From Candidatus Sodalis endolongispinus (GTDB lineage Bacteria; Pseudomonadota; Gammaproteobacteria; Enterobacterales; Enterobacteriaceae): a stretch of DNA of 32,000 nt. Below the pieces are notes generated by a model, which saw only the letters and a program-made list of their open reading frames with translations, searched no databases and had not been told where the DNA came from. The stretch's first letter is position 1. Every line of letters begins with the position of its first letter. A program made the position numbers and the translations under genes. This document shows positions 1 to 10,389 of the stretch, piece by piece. The stretch spans positions 681,415-713,414 of the forward strand of contig NZ_JAFJYC010000002.1 in NCBI RefSeq assembly GCF_018777395.1, written 5' to 3'.

Positions 1-194
1 GTGTGATTCAGTTCACAAAAATAATACGCTTTCCCTCGCTACATATCAATAACATCTCACCAAAAAAAATGATGATGGACAGCAATTGCTGCGATAGACG
101 GCAACGATGGCCGGCGAAGATTACCGGCCCCGTACCCTTATGTTATTCTCTGCACCACACTCTCTTGCAGAGCCATGCCACCCCTGGAGGAATC

Positions 195-377
195 ATGGAT
201 CATCGCCTATTGGAAATCGTCGCTTGCCCGGTTTGTAACGGCAAACTTTACTACAACAATGAACGACAGGAATTGATTTGCAAGTCCGATGCGCTGGCTT
301 ACCCCTTGCGTGACGGTATTCCTGTGCTGCTGGAAAGCGAAGCGCGCGCCATTACGCTGGACGAGACCAATTCATGA
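195..377 (+). CDS. ycaR: Trm112-like zinc-ribbon protein YcaR (UPF0434 family), 60 aa
   Basis: ATG at 195 is preceded by GGAGG (186-190). The product [53 protein letters not shown] has the CPxC motif and the length of YcaR. Its stop overlaps the kdsB start (ATGA at 374-377), as in E. coli. The 3..377 track ORF is an unsupported upstream extension. Confidence 0.85.
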   Translation: MDHRLLEIVACPVCNGKLYYNNERQELICKSDALAYPLRDGIPVLLESEARAITLDETNS

Positions 378-1129
378 GTTTTATCGCCATTATTCCCGCC
401 CGTTTCGCCTCCAGCCGCCTGCCCGGCAAGCCGCTGGCCGATATTAACGGCAAACCCATGGTGGTGCGCGTTATGGAACGAGCGCAAGCCTCCGGCGCCG
501 ATCGGGTTATTGTCGCCACCGATCACCAAGGGGTGGTCGACGCGGTCGAGCGGGCCGGCGGCGAAGTGTTCCTGACCCGTCCCGATCATCAGTCCGGCAC
601 CGAGCGGCTGCAAGAGGTTATCGATCGCTACGATTTCCCTGACAATCAAATCATCGTCAATGTGCAGGGCGATGAACCGCTCATTCCGCCGCAAATCATC
701 CGTCAGGTGGCGGATAACCTGGCGGGTGCTGAGGCCGGCATGGCGACACTGGCGGTGCCTGTTACGACCGCAGAAGAGGCATTCAACCCCAACGCGGTAA
801 AAGTGGTTGTCGATGCGCGTGGTTATGCGCTGTATTTCTCCCGCGCCACTATCCCGTGGGACCGCGAAGGATTTGCCCGCAGCCGCGAGCAACTTTCTCA
901 CGGCCTGCTGCGTCATATCGGGATTTATGCCTACCGCGCCGACTTTATCCGCCGCTACGTCAGCTGGTCGGCCAGTCCGCTGGAAAAGATCGAGATCCTC
1001 GAACAATTGCGCGTCCTGTGGTATGGCGAAAAAATTCACGTCGCGGTGGCGATCGTCACGCCCGGCATGGGTGTGGACACGCCGCAAGAGCTGGCTCAGG
1101 TCCGTTTGCTGCAGCAGCAACAGACCTAA
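374..1129 (+). CDS. kdsB: 3-deoxy-manno-octulosonate cytidylyltransferase (CMP-KDO synthetase)
   Basis: 251-aa ORF. The N-terminus [30 protein letters not shown] and the internal [11 protein letters not shown] motif are typical of KdsB. The length is close to E. coli KdsB and the position after ycaR is syntenic. Confidence 0.95.
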   Translation: MSFIAIIPARFASSRLPGKPLADINGKPMVVRVMERAQASGADRVIVATDHQGVVDAVERAGGEVFLTRPDHQSGTERLQEVIDRYDFPDNQIIVNVQGDEPLIPPQIIRQVADNLAGAEAGMATLAVPVTTAEEAFNPNAVKVVVDARGYALYFSRATIPWDREGFARSREQLSHGLLRHIGIYAYRADFIRRYVSWSASPLEKIEILEQLRVLWYGEKIHVAVAIVTPGMGVDTPQELAQVRLLQQQQT

Positions 1130-1296
1130 TTCTTCCGTGTAGGCCGGCGCGATGGCCTGTCGAGGTTTCGCGCCGATTTCCCGCCTTTGTTTGATCTAGC
1201 GCGACGTTTTAAACGCCGAACCTCCCCATGATGTCTTGAGGTACCGCGCGGTGCCCGCCGATTTAATCCAGTGCCGAAAATAAGGTTAGCGATGTC

Positions 1297-1722
1297 ATGG
1301 AATAGTTACGCGCTGAGTTAAGCGCCGTTTTTGGTGAGCCGTTGATCCGGCTTGAACGTATCAGCTAGCAACCTTATGCCCACCTGTATGCCATGTACGA
1401 CAGAGAGGGCCATGCCCTATCCCTGGTGGCGAAAAGCTTTTTGTGCCCGGGTATTGCCCAGCAGGAAGCCTATAAGCTGTCAATGCTGGCCCGGGAAGGC
1501 GAAATACGGCTGCCGACGGTCTATGGCCTCATTTGCGAGGAAGGGCTGAGCGAAGCGTTGCTGTTTCACTATCTCAGCCGCGCGCCGGTAGCGGAGGCAT
1601 TTCTTTGCCGGCGCTGGCTGTATGCCATCTGGGAGGCGGCGGCGCGCTATATTCACACCGGTCAGCTGGACCGTGACGTGTTCGTGCGCGCAAGGCGGGA
1701 GCTCCTCCCGTGGTTGGACTAA
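1297..1722 (+). pseudogene. ycbJ: ycbJ-like putative phosphotransferase, decayed remnant
   Basis: The frame from ATG 1297 reads ME*LRAELSAVFGEPLIRLERIS*QPYAHLYAMYDREGHALSLVAKSF...LPTVYGLICEEG, then runs directly into LSEALLFHYLSRAPVAEAFLCRRWLYAIWE...LLPWLD. These segments resemble the N- and C-terminal ends of E. coli YcbJ (about 297 aa). There are in-frame TAG codons at 1303-1305 and 1366-1368. Only 142 codons remain, so about 155 central codons are missing. Confidence 0.65.
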
Positions 1723-2023
1723 GGCGTAGCGCGCGGCGACGTCGAGGGCGGCGTCACCGAATCGGCCGTTAGGCGCATTGGGCTTTACCGGTCTCTCGGC
1801 CTGCATAGAGTTCTTGTCTGGTCTTGCCTTGGCGCAGCGCGCCGGCGAAAAACATTAGCGCTCGGTGGCGCCTCTGCCGCCGCGTTGAAAGCGGGTTAAC
1901 GTACCGTGGTCGCCTTAAAGGGTGGTAACGTATCGTGCCGACTGCGCCGCCGCGTCAAAGAGGATGTTAGCACTCCGTTTTGCCTATGCCGCGACGCTGA
2001 CAGGGTGGCAACCTCCGCCGAGC

Positions 2024-2851
2024 TTATTTTCGGGCATCGCTATCGCTGACCGGCACTGGGCTGCCGCTCCCGGCAGGGGCAGGGCGGGACGTCATCGCCA
2101 GCAGCCGCTGCCATACTTGCCCGAGCGTTTCATACCAGACACGCTCGCTGTGATCCAGCCAAAGCGGCGAGGGCAGTATTTTCTCCCGCGGCTGCAGAGG
2201 ACTGGTGATAGCAAGCTGATTTGCCGGCACTGGTATTGGCTGCAGCCCGGCGGCGGTAAAAAAGCCCATCGCCCGGGGCAGATGGTTAGCGGAAGTCACC
2301 AGCATCAGCGGCGCTTGTCCGACCAGCCTGGCGACACTCGCCGCTTCCTGGCGCGTATCGCGCGGGCTGTCCAACGTCACAATTGCCGACGCCGGCACGC
2401 CCAGGCTTTGCGCCACGCGGGAAGCGGCCTCGGCGCTGCTGACTAGATTACCGGGTGCGTTGGCGCCGGTAAATACCATCGTCGCGCCGGGGTGGGCGCG
2501 CCACTGGCGGATGCCTTCCGTCACTCGCGGCAAGCTATTGTTAATCAAATTGGCGCTGGGGGGCCAAGCGGGGTTCCAGGTATACCCGCCCCCTAACACC
2601 ACAATCCACTTGACGGTTTCCCCCTGTGGCTGCCAGGTGGGATAATGGGCCTCCAGCGGCGCCAGTAGCCGATCGGCTACCGGCTGCAGGCTTAGCGCCA
2701 GCAATATAAGCCAGCCTGCGCTCAGCAGCAGCCGGGCGGTTTTTGTTCCGCGGTTCAACCAGAGTAGCACCAACCCGGCCCCCATCACCACGAGCAGCAG
2801 CGGGAGCGGCAGCAATAGGCCACCGACAAACTTTTTCAGGGTAAACAGCAT
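2024..2851 (-). CDS. elyC: envelope biogenesis factor ElyC (YcbC, DUF218 family)
   Basis: 275-aa ORF starting MLFTLKKFVGGLLLPLPLLLVVMGAGL. It contains LSLQPVADRLL, VVLGGGYTWNP and LVTSANHLPRAM, which are similar to E. coli ElyC. It sits on the minus strand between ycbJ and smtA as in K-12. The C-terminal tail is about 16 aa longer than in E. coli. Confidence 0.85.
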   Translation of the reverse strand: MLFTLKKFVGGLLLPLPLLLVVMGAGLVLLWLNRGTKTARLLLSAGWLILLALSLQPVADRLLAPLEAHYPTWQPQGETVKWIVVLGGGYTWNPAWPPSANLINNSLPRVTEGIRQWRAHPGATMVFTGANAPGNLVSSAEAASRVAQSLGVPASAIVTLDSPRDTRQEAASVARLVGQAPLMLVTSANHLPRAMGFFTAAGLQPIPVPANQLAITSPLQPREKILPSPLWLDHSERVWYETLGQVWQRLLAMTSRPAPAGSGSPVPVSDSDARK

Positions 2852-3001
2852 AGGGCAACGCTCCGATTGGGTAAAATGTAATCAACCAGCCGTAATCCGG
2901 CGCTGGAATGATTCATTCTACGTCAGCCTGTGACAAAATAGACCCCTCGCGCCCACTGGCGACAAAACATCTTCTACCGCCGTGGCCGACCGGAGTCTTG
3001 C

Positions 3002-3797
3002 ATGATACAGGATCTTAATTTCGACGATATCGCCGACAAATTCGCGCGTAATATCTATGGCACCACCAAAGGAAAGATCCGCCAGGCGGTATTATGGCAG
3101 GATCTGCAGGCATTGCTGGCGCAAATGCCCCAACGGCCGCTGTGTATATTGGACGCCGGCGGCGGCGAAGGGCGCATCGCCGCGCAACTGGCAGCGCTGG
3201 GACACCAGGTGGTGCTTTGCGATCTTTCGGCGCAAATGATTCAGCGTGCGCAACAGCAGGCGAAAGCGCTCGGCGTCGAGCAGCGCTTTCGCTGCGTTCT
3301 GCGTTCAGAGTGCAATACAGGATATCGCTACACATTTGGAAAGGCCGGTCGATCTGATATTGTGTCACGCGGTACTGGAATGGGTCGCGCAGCCCGAGGC
3401 ATTATTGCAAATACTAAATCAGTGCCTGGCCGGGGATGGCGCGTTGTCATTAATGTTTTACAATAAACACGGCCTGGTGATGCGCAATATGCTGCTGGGC
3501 AATATGGCTTTTGTCGCGGCCGGCATGCCGAAAAGGAAAAGGCGATCGCTGATGCCCGACCATCCCTGTGATCCCGCTGACGTTTATTGCTGGCTGGAAA
3601 AAATGGGACTGGCGCCAATGGGCAAAAGCGGCGTGCGGGTGTTTCATGATTATCTGCAGAATAAACAGCAACAACAGGATGAATTTACCGCACTGCTGGC
3701 CATGGAACAACGCTATTGTCGGCAGGAGCCATTTATCAGTATGGGTCGTTATATCCACGTGATGGCGCGTAAACCCACCCTGAAGGACGCATTATGA
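3002..3797 (+). pseudogene. smtA: SAM-dependent methyltransferase SmtA/CmoM, frameshifted
   Basis: The N-terminal part (ORF 3002..3466) reads MIQDLNFDDIADKFARNIYGTTKGKIRQAVLWQDL...ILDAGGGEG...VVLCDLSAQMIQRAQQQAKALGVEQRF. The C-terminal part is in the +1 frame (ORF 3246..3797) and reads CVQSAIQDIATHLERPVDLILCHAVLEWV...GVRVFHDYL...[20 protein letters not shown]. The total span is 796 nt (3n+1). The N-terminal frame stops at 3464-3466. Confidence 0.88.
3293..3306 (+). repeat. perfect 7-bp tandem duplication (TGCGTTC x2) at the smtA frameshift point
   Basis: Read directly from the sequence: tgcgttc at 3293-3299 is followed by tgcgttc at 3300-3306. Removing one copy restores a single frame reading EQRFRCVQSAIQDIATHLE across the junction. 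Confidence 0.9.
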
Positions 3798-5116
3798 GCG
3801 AATTTTCCCAGACTGTACCGGAACTGGTCGCCTGGGCCCGGAAAAATGATTTTTCACTGTCGCTGCCTATTGACCGGCTGGCCTTTGTGCTGGCCATCGC
3901 CACGCTTAATAGCGAACGGATGGACGGTGAAATGAGTGAAGGCGAGCTGGTGGATGCGTTCCGTTGTGTGAGTGAAGGGTTTGAACAGACCCAGGAAACC
4001 ATAACGGTACGCGCCAACAATGCCATCAACGATCTGGTGCGTCAGCGTCTGCTAAACCGTTTCATCAGCGAACTGACGGAGGGTAACGCCATTTACCGCC
4101 TGACGCCGCTCGGTATCGGCGTTAGCGATTATTATATACGCCAGCGCGAGTTCTCCACGCTGCGGCTGTCGGTGCAGCTGTCCATTGTTGCGCAGGAATT
4201 GAAGCGGTCGGCGGACGCGGCGGAAGAAGACGGCGACGAATTTCACTGGCACCGGCATGTCTTTGCGCCGCTAAAATATTCCGTGGCGGAAATTTTTAAT
4301 AGCATCGATATGACCCAGCGCATCATGGATGAACAGCAGCAAGGGGTGAAACAGGATATCGCCGCACTGCTTAATCAGGACTGGCGGGCCGCCATCTCCA
4401 GCTGTGAACTGTTGTTATCGGAAACCTCCGGCACGCTGCGTGAATTGCAAGATACCCTGGAGGCGTCGGGGGACAAGCTACAGGCCAACCTGCTGCGCAT
4501 TCAGGATGCGACGCTCAACCATGACGAATTGCAGTTCGTCGATAAGCTGGTGCTGGATCTGCAAAACAAGCTGGACCGGATTATCAGCTGGGGCCAACAA
4601 ACGATCGATCTGTGGATCGGTTATGATCGCCATGTACACCGTTTTATCCGCACCGCCATCGACATGGATAAGAATCGCGTCTTCGCCCAGCGCCTGCGCC
4701 AATCGGTGCAAAATTATTTTGACGCCCCCTGGGCGCTGACCTATGCCGACGCCGATCGGTTGATGGACCTGCGCGATGAAGAGCTGGCGCTGCGCAATGA
4801 CGAAGTCACCGGCGAATTGCCGCCGGATATGGAATATGAAGAATTCAACGAAATACGCGAGCACATTGCGGCGCTGGTGGATGAGGCGCTGGGGGTGTAC
4901 AAACAGCAGCAATTGCCGCTCGATCTCGGCGCCGTGATGCGCGATTACCTGGCGCGATATCCGCGGGCGCGTCATTTCGACTTGGCGCGCATCGTGGTCG
5001 ACCAGGCGGTGCGCCTGGGCGTGGCCCGGTCAGATTTTACAGGGTTACCCGCACACTGGCAGGTAATCAACGATTTTGGCGCTAAGGTACAGGCCCATGT
5101 CATCGATGAGTATTGA
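3794..5116 (+). CDS. mukF: chromosome partition protein MukF (kleisin of MukBEF condensin)
   Basis: 440-aa ORF, the same length as E. coli MukF. It starts [36 protein letters not shown]. Its start overlaps the ancestral smtA stop (ATGA at 3794-3797). Confidence 0.95.
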   Translation: MSEFSQTVPELVAWARKNDFSLSLPIDRLAFVLAIATLNSERMDGEMSEGELVDAFRCVSEGFEQTQETITVRANNAINDLVRQRLLNRFISELTEGNAIYRLTPLGIGVSDYYIRQREFSTLRLSVQLSIVAQELKRSADAAEEDGDEFHWHRHVFAPLKYSVAEIFNSIDMTQRIMDEQQQGVKQDIAALLNQDWRAAISSCELLLSETSGTLRELQDTLEASGDKLQANLLRIQDATLNHDELQFVDKLVLDLQNKLDRIISWGQQTIDLWIGYDRHVHRFIRTAIDMDKNRVFAQRLRQSVQNYFDAPWALTYADADRLMDLRDEELALRNDEVTGELPPDMEYEEFNEIREHIAALVDEALGVYKQQQLPLDLGAVMRDYLARYPRARHFDLARIVVDQAVRLGVARSDFTGLPAHWQVINDFGAKVQAHVIDEY

Positions 5117-5834
5117 AGAAAGTTTGCCGGTAAAACTGGCGAAAGCGCTGTCCAACCCCTTGTTCCCGGCGCTGGACAGTCAACTGCGCTCCGGCCGCCA
5201 CATTGGCATTGAGGAGCTTGATAACCATGCCTTCCTGATGGATTTCCAGGAGGAACTGGAGGGCTTTTACCGCCGTTATAACGTGGAGCTGCTGCGCGCG
5301 CCGGAAGGTTTTTTCTATCTGCGCCCACGCTCCACTACGCTGATTCCGCGTTCGGTGCTGTCGGCGCTGGATATGATGGTCGGCAAAATTCTGTGTTATC
5401 TGTACCTTAGTCCCGAACGGCTGGCACACGAAGGCATTTTCAGTCAGCAGGAACTGTACGACGAACTGTTGAGCCTGGCCGATGAGAATAAGCTGCTGAA
5501 ACTGGTGAACCAACGCTCCACCGGCTCGGATCTGGACCGTCAGAAGCTGCAGGAAAAAGTGCGCGCCTCCCTTCACCGGCTGCGCCGGTTGGGCATGGTC
5601 TGGTTTATGGGTAACGACGCCAGCAAGTTCCGCATCACCGAATCCGTATTCCGCTTCGGCGCCGATGTGCGCACCGGCGATGATGCGCGCGAAGCGCAAC
5701 TGCGGATGATCCGCGACGGCGAAGCGATGCCGCTGGAAAACGCCCTGTCGCTCGGCGATGAACAGGATGATAACGAAGAAAACGAGGCGCTCGCCGGCGA
5801 AAGCGCGGATGGCCCCGAGGATGAACAGGCATGA
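5097..5834 (+). CDS. mukE: chromosome partition protein MukE
   Basis: ATG at 5097 gives [51 protein letters not shown], collinear with E. coli MukE, and an acidic C-terminal tail. It overlaps the mukF end by 20 nt, and its stop overlaps the mukB start (ATGA at 5831-5834). The track ORF start at 5076 is a likely over-extension. Confidence 0.9.
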   Translation: MSSMSIEESLPVKLAKALSNPLFPALDSQLRSGRHIGIEELDNHAFLMDFQEELEGFYRRYNVELLRAPEGFFYLRPRSTTLIPRSVLSALDMMVGKILCYLYLSPERLAHEGIFSQQELYDELLSLADENKLLKLVNQRSTGSDLDRQKLQEKVRASLHRLRRLGMVWFMGNDASKFRITESVFRFGADVRTGDDAREAQLRMIRDGEAMPLENALSLGDEQDDNEENEALAGESADGPEDEQA

Positions 5835-8800
5835 TTGAACGTGGCAAATTCCGCTCACTGACGCTGGTCAACTGGAACGGCTTTTTCGCCCGGACGTTTG
5901 ATCTGGATGCGTTGGTCACCACCCTGTCCGGCGGTAACGGCGCGGGGAAATCCACCACCATGGCGGCGTTTATTACCGCCCTCATTCCAGATTTGACCCT
6001 GCTGCATTTTCGCAACACCACCGAAGCCGGCGCCACCAGCGGCTCGCGGGATAAGGGGCTGCATGGGAAACTGCGCGCCGGGGTGTGCTATTCGGCGCTG
6101 GAAGTTGTCAACTCCCGCCACCAGCGCGTGCTGGTGGGCGTTCGCCTGCAGCAGATAGCCGGCCGCGATCGCAAAGTGGACATTAAACCGTTCATGATCC
6201 AGGGGCTGCCGGTCAAAGTGACCCCCACCGAGATCCTGACGATGACGGTGGGCGATCGTCAGGCGCGGGTGTTACCGCTGCAGGAGCTGAAAGAGCGGGT
6301 CGAGGCGATTGAGGGCGTCTTGTTCAAACAGCTCAATTCCATCACCGATTATCACTCGCTGATGTTCGATTTGGGCGTGGTGCCGCGCAGGCTGCGTTCC
6401 AGCGCGGATCGCAGCAAATACTATCGCCTCATCGAGGCATCGCTGTACGGCGGTATTTCCAGCGCGATTACCCGATCGCTACGCGACTACCTGCTGCCGG
6501 AAAACAGCGGGGTACGAAAAGCGTTTCAGGACATGGAAGCGGCGCTGCGCGAAAACCGCCTCACGCTTGAGGCGATCCGCGTGACACAATCGGATCGAGA
6601 TTTGTTCAAGCATCTGATTTCCGAAGCCACTGCCTACGTGGCGGCGGATTATATGCGCCACGCCAACGAGCGGCGTCTGCATCTGGACGATGCCCTGACC
6701 CTGCGCCGCGACCTGTTCGGCAGCCGTAAGCAATTGGCCTCCGAACAGTATCGTCACGTCGATATGGCCCGGGAACTGGCGGAAATCAGCGGCGGCGAGT
6801 ATGATTTGGAAACCGATTATCAGGCCGCCAGCGATCATCTTAACCTGGTGCAAACCGCGATGCGCCAGCAGGAAAAAATCGGCCGCTACCAGGAGGATCT
6901 GGAGGAGCTGACCTTCCGGCTGGAAGAACAAAATGAGGTGGTGGCCGAGTCCGCCGAGCAGCAGCAGGAGAACGAAGCGCGGCGGGAGGCGGCCGAGCTT
7001 GAGGTGGATGAACTGAAAAGCCAGCTGGCTGACTATCAGCAGGCGCTGGATGTGCAGCAAACGCGCGCCATCCAATTCCAGCAGGCGTTGCAAGCCTTGG
7101 ATCGCGCCCGCGAACTGTGCGCGCTTCCGGCGTTGACATGGGAAGACGCCGCGCCGACGTTGGCGATGTACCAAGAGCGCGAACAGGAAGCCACCGAGCG
7201 CCTGCTGGGTTTTGAGCAAAAACTGAATATGGCCGAGGCGGCCAGCAGCCGTTTTGAACAGGCCTATGGGTTAGTGGTAAACATTGCCGGCCAGGTCAGC
7301 CGCAGCGACTCCTGGCAAACGGCGCGGGAACTGATTCGTGACGCCGCGTCGCAACGTCATCAGGCGGAGCGGCTACAGGCGTTGCGCAGCCAGCTCAATG
7401 AGCTGGAACAACGGCTGCGCGAGCAGCAAGACGCCGAACGGCTGCTGCAGGAATTCTGCCAGCGCATGGGTCAGGATTATCCCGCCGAGGAACTCGACGC
7501 GGTGCAGCAAGAGCTGGAAGCACGGGTCGAAACCCTGTCGGTGACGGTGTCCGAGGCCGGCGAACGTCGCCTCGCGCTGCGCCAGACGTTGGAGCAAGTG
7601 ACCGGCCGTATTGAACAGCTCACCGCTCGTGCGCCGGCCTGGCTGGCGGCGCAGGATGCCTTATCGGTACTGAGCGAGCAAAGCGGCGAAGCATTGACCA
7701 GCAGCCGTCAGGTGACGGATACCATGCAGCTCCTGCTGGAACGCGAGCGTGAGACCACTGTGGAACGCGACGAGGTCGCTGGACGCAAGCGGCGCATCGA
7801 GGCGCAGATTGAGCGCCTCAGCCAGCCGGGGGGCACCGAGGACGCCCGCTTAACAACGCTGGCCGAGCGCTTTGGCGGCGTGCTGCTGTCGGAAATCTAT
7901 GACGACGTGACGCTTGACGACGCGCCGTATTTCTCGGCGCTGTACGGCCCGTCACGTCACGCGATTGTCGTCCCGGATTTGTCGCGGGTACGTGAACAGC
8001 TGGACGGTTTGGAAGATTGCCCGGATGATCTCTACCTGATTGAAGGGGATCCGCAGTCGTTCGATGATAACGTGTTCGGCGTGGAAGAGCTGGAAGGCGC
8101 GGTGCTGGTCAAAGTGGCGAACCGCCAGTGGCGTTACTCGCGTTTTCCCGCGGTGCCGCTGTTTGGACGCGCCGCGCGCGAAAGCCGGTTGGAAAAACTG
8201 AGTGCTGAGCGGGACGTGCTGGCGGAACGTTACGCCACGCTGTCGTTTGACGTGCAAAAAATCCATCGTCAGCATCAGGCATTTAGCCGTTTTATCGGCG
8301 CTCATCTGGCGGTGGCGTTTGAGCCGGATCCGGAAGCGGAGATGCGTACGCTGAACGGCCGGCGCGGTGAGTTAGAACGTGAGCTTAGCGATCACCACGG
8401 CCAGAATCAGCAAAGCCGGCAGCACTACAATCAAGCGCGCGAAGGGCTGCAACTGCTCAATCGGCTTATTCCGCGGCTGGGCGTCCTGCTGGATGACACC
8501 CTGCAAGACCGGCTGGAATCGGTGCAGGCCGATTGGCAGGATGCTCAGGAGGCGGCGCGTTATTTAAGTCAGCACCAAAAGGCGCTGGATCAGCTGGAGC
8601 CGCTGGCGGCGGTGCTGCAAAGCGACCCCGAGCAGCACGAACAACTGCGCGCCGACTACGAGCAGGCGCAGCAGATCCAGCGTCAGGCGCGGCAGCAGGC
8701 CTTCGCCATGACGGAAGTGGTGCAACGCCGCACCCACTTCAGCTATTCCGATTCCGCCGGCATGCTGAGTGAAAATACCGATCTAAACGATAAATTGCGT

Positions 8801-10294
8801 CAGCGCCTGGAGCGGGCGGAAGCCGAACGCAGTCAGGCACGCGATGCGCTGCGCGCCCATCAGGCCCAGCTTACGCAGTTCAGTCAGGTGCAGGCATCGC
8901 TGAAGAGCTCCTTTGACGCCAAGCAGGATATGCTCAAAGAGCTGCTGCAGGAGCTGCACGACATCGGAGTACAGGCCGACGCCAATGCCGAAGCCCGCGC
9001 CCGCGAACGCCGGGATCAACTGCATATGGCCCTGAGCCAGAACCGCGGTCGCCGTAATCAGCTGGAAAAACAGCTGACGTTCTGCGAGGCGGAAATGGAC
9101 GCTCTGCAGAAGAAATTGCGTAAGCTGGAACGCGACTATTATCAGACCCGCGAGCAAGTGGTCAGCGCCAAGGCCGGTTGGTGCGCGGTGCTGCGTCTGG
9201 TCAAGGAAAACGGCGTCGAGCGCCGTCTGCATCGCCGCGAACTGGCTTACATGGAAGCGGAGGAATTGCGTTCCATGTCGGATAAAGCGTTGGGGGCGCT
9301 GCGTATGGCGGTGGCGGACAATGAGCACCTGCGCGATGTACTGCGGTTGTCGGAAGATCCCAAGCGGCCGGAGCGAAAGATCCAGTTTTTCATTGCCGTT
9401 TACCAGCATCTGCGCGAGCGTATCCGCCAGGATATTATCCGCACCGACGATCCGGTCGAAGCTATCGAGCAAATGGAAATCGAACTCAATCGCCTGACGG
9501 AAGAGTTGACCGCCCGCGAGCAAAAGCTGGCCATCAGTTCCAAAAGCGTGGCCAACATTATCCGCAAAACCATCCAGCGCGAGCAAAATCGTATTCGGAT
9601 GCTCAATCAGGGGCTGCAGGCGGTCAGTTTCGGCCAGGTGAAGAGCGTTCGCCTGAACGTCAGCGTGCGCGAAGCCCATGCGACGCTGCTGGATGTGTTG
9701 AGCGAACAGCAGGAGCAGCATCAGGATCTGTTCAGCAGCCAGCGCCTGACGTTCTCCGAAGCGCTGGCCAATCTGTATCAGCGGCTGAACCCGCAAATCG
9801 ATCTGGGGCAGCGCACGCCGCAGACGGTCGGCGAGGAGTTGCTGGATTACCGCAACTATCTGGAAATGGAAGTGGAAGTCAACCGCGGCGCCGACGGCTG
9901 GCTGCGCGCGGAGAGCGGGGCGTTGTCCACTGGTGAGGCCATCGGCACCGGTATGTCGATTCTGGTGATGGTGGTGCAAAGTTGGGAAGAGGAGTCCAGC
10001 CGGTTGCGTGGCAAAGATATTTCGCCATGTCGGTTATTATTCCTCGATGAGGCGGCGCGGCTGGATGCCAAATCTATCGCCACGCTGTTCGAGCTGTGCG
10101 ACCGATTGCAGATGCAGCTTATTATCGCCGCGCCGGAAAATATCAGCCCGGAGAAAGGGACGATGTATAAACTGGTGCGCAAGGTGTTCAATAATCAGGA
10201 ACATGTGCACGTGGTCGGGCTGCGCGGCTTTGGCGCCGAGCAGGCCGCGCCGCCGTCAACGACCTTGACCGAGACCGACAGTCAGGCCGGTTAA
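5831..10294 (+). CDS. mukB: chromosome partition protein MukB (SMC-like ATPase)
   Basis: 1487-aa ORF starting [26 protein letters not shown]. It has the Walker A motif GGNGAGKST, long coiled-coil Q/E/L/R-rich arms, and the C-terminal head with LSTGE and [11 protein letters not shown]. It is the last gene of the muk operon. Confidence 0.97.
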   Translation: MIERGKFRSLTLVNWNGFFARTFDLDALVTTLSGGNGAGKSTTMAAFITALIPDLTLLHFRNTTEAGATSGSRDKGLHGKLRAGVCYSALEVVNSRHQRVLVGVRLQQIAGRDRKVDIKPFMIQGLPVKVTPTEILTMTVGDRQARVLPLQELKERVEAIEGVLFKQLNSITDYHSLMFDLGVVPRRLRSSADRSKYYRLIEASLYGGISSAITRSLRDYLLPENSGVRKAFQDMEAALRENRLTLEAIRVTQSDRDLFKHLISEATAYVAADYMRHANERRLHLDDALTLRRDLFGSRKQLASEQYRHVDMARELAEISGGEYDLETDYQAASDHLNLVQTAMRQQEKIGRYQEDLEELTFRLEEQNEVVAESAEQQQENEARREAAELEVDELKSQLADYQQALDVQQTRAIQFQQALQALDRARELCALPALTWEDAAPTLAMYQEREQEATERLLGFEQKLNMAEAASSRFEQAYGLVVNIAGQVSRSDSWQTARELIRDAASQRHQAERLQALRSQLNELEQRLREQQDAERLLQEFCQRMGQDYPAEELDAVQQELEARVETLSVTVSEAGERRLALRQTLEQVTGRIEQLTARAPAWLAAQDALSVLSEQSGEALTSSRQVTDTMQLLLERERETTVERDEVAGRKRRIEAQIERLSQPGGTEDARLTTLAERFGGVLLSEIYDDVTLDDAPYFSALYGPSRHAIVVPDLSRVREQLDGLEDCPDDLYLIEGDPQSFDDNVFGVEELEGAVLVKVANRQWRYSRFPAVPLFGRAARESRLEKLSAERDVLAERYATLSFDVQKIHRQHQAFSRFIGAHLAVAFEPDPEAEMRTLNGRRGELERELSDHHGQNQQSRQHYNQAREGLQLLNRLIPRLGVLLDDTLQDRLESVQADWQDAQEAARYLSQHQKALDQLEPLAAVLQSDPEQHEQLRADYEQAQQIQRQARQQAFAMTEVVQRRTHFSYSDSAGMLSENTDLNDKLRQRLERAEAERSQARDALRAHQAQLTQFSQVQASLKSSFDAKQDMLKELLQELHDIGVQADANAEARARERRDQLHMALSQNRGRRNQLEKQLTFCEAEMDALQKKLRKLERDYYQTREQVVSAKAGWCAVLRLVKENGVERRLHRRELAYMEAEELRSMSDKALGALRMAVADNEHLRDVLRLSEDPKRPERKIQFFIAVYQHLRERIRQDIIRTDDPVEAIEQMEIELNRLTEELTAREQKLAISSKSVANIIRKTIQREQNRIRMLNQGLQAVSFGQVKSVRLNVSVREAHATLLDVLSEQQEQHQDLFSSQRLTFSEALANLYQRLNPQIDLGQRTPQTVGEELLDYRNYLEMEVEVNRGADGWLRAESGALSTGEAIGTGMSILVMVVQSWEEESSRLRGKDISPCRLLFLDEAARLDAKSIATLFELCDRLQMQLIIAAPENISPEKGTMYKLVRKVFNNQEHVHVVGLRGFGAEQAAPPSTTLTETDSQAG

Positions 10295-10368
10295 GGGGTT
10301 CGCTCCGGCCGGCCACGGTGATTCTTCAGCCCGCCCGGGGGCGGGAAAAAACGCGTAATAACCCCAAG

Positions 10369-10389
10369 CGACGGCCATTTCTTGGCCGT
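10369..10389 (+). terminator. candidate stem-loop downstream of mukB (weak terminator candidate)
   Basis: Perfect 8-bp stem gacggcca / tggccgtc with loop tttct, about 75 nt after the mukB stop. The downstream tract tcgcctcc is a poor U-run, so intrinsic termination is uncertain. Confidence 0.3.

Noticed and set aside
3-194. Upstream extension of the ycaR ORF (the track ORF starts at GTG 3, 124 aa)
   Set aside because: The extra 64 residues ([22 protein letters not shown]...) are A/T-rich and resemble no family. ATG 195 has a GGAGG SD and gives exactly the 60-aa YcaR length.
299-1120. 273-aa minus-strand ORF antisense to kdsB
   Set aside because: It is a shadow ORF inside a confidently identified gene. 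The composition is Arg/Gly/Ala-rich, typical of antisense frames in GC-rich coding DNA, and there is no recognisable motif.
1922-2446. 174-aa plus-strand ORF antisense to elyC
   Set aside because: It lies almost entirely within the ElyC coding region on the opposite strand. The sequence is Arg/Ala-rich and low complexity, with no family resemblance.
5100-5858. 252-aa minus-strand ORF co-extensive with mukE
   Set aside because: It is the antisense shadow of mukE. The mukE frame has clear ortholog collinearity and translational coupling to mukF and mukB, and the antisense product has no recognisable features.
8783-9979. 398-aa minus-strand ORF (plus several others, e.g. 6479-7219) inside mukB
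   Set aside because: The coiled-coil-coding GC-rich repeats of mukB leave long open antisense frames. The products are Q/L/R/H-rich, low complexity, and lack SD/start support.
10330-10351. Hairpin cccgcc-cggg-ggcggg followed by AAAAAA just after mukB, considered as the mukB terminator
   Set aside because: The run after the stem is A, not T, on the plus strand. On the minus strand the T-run precedes the stem. It is therefore not a canonical intrinsic terminator in either orientation.
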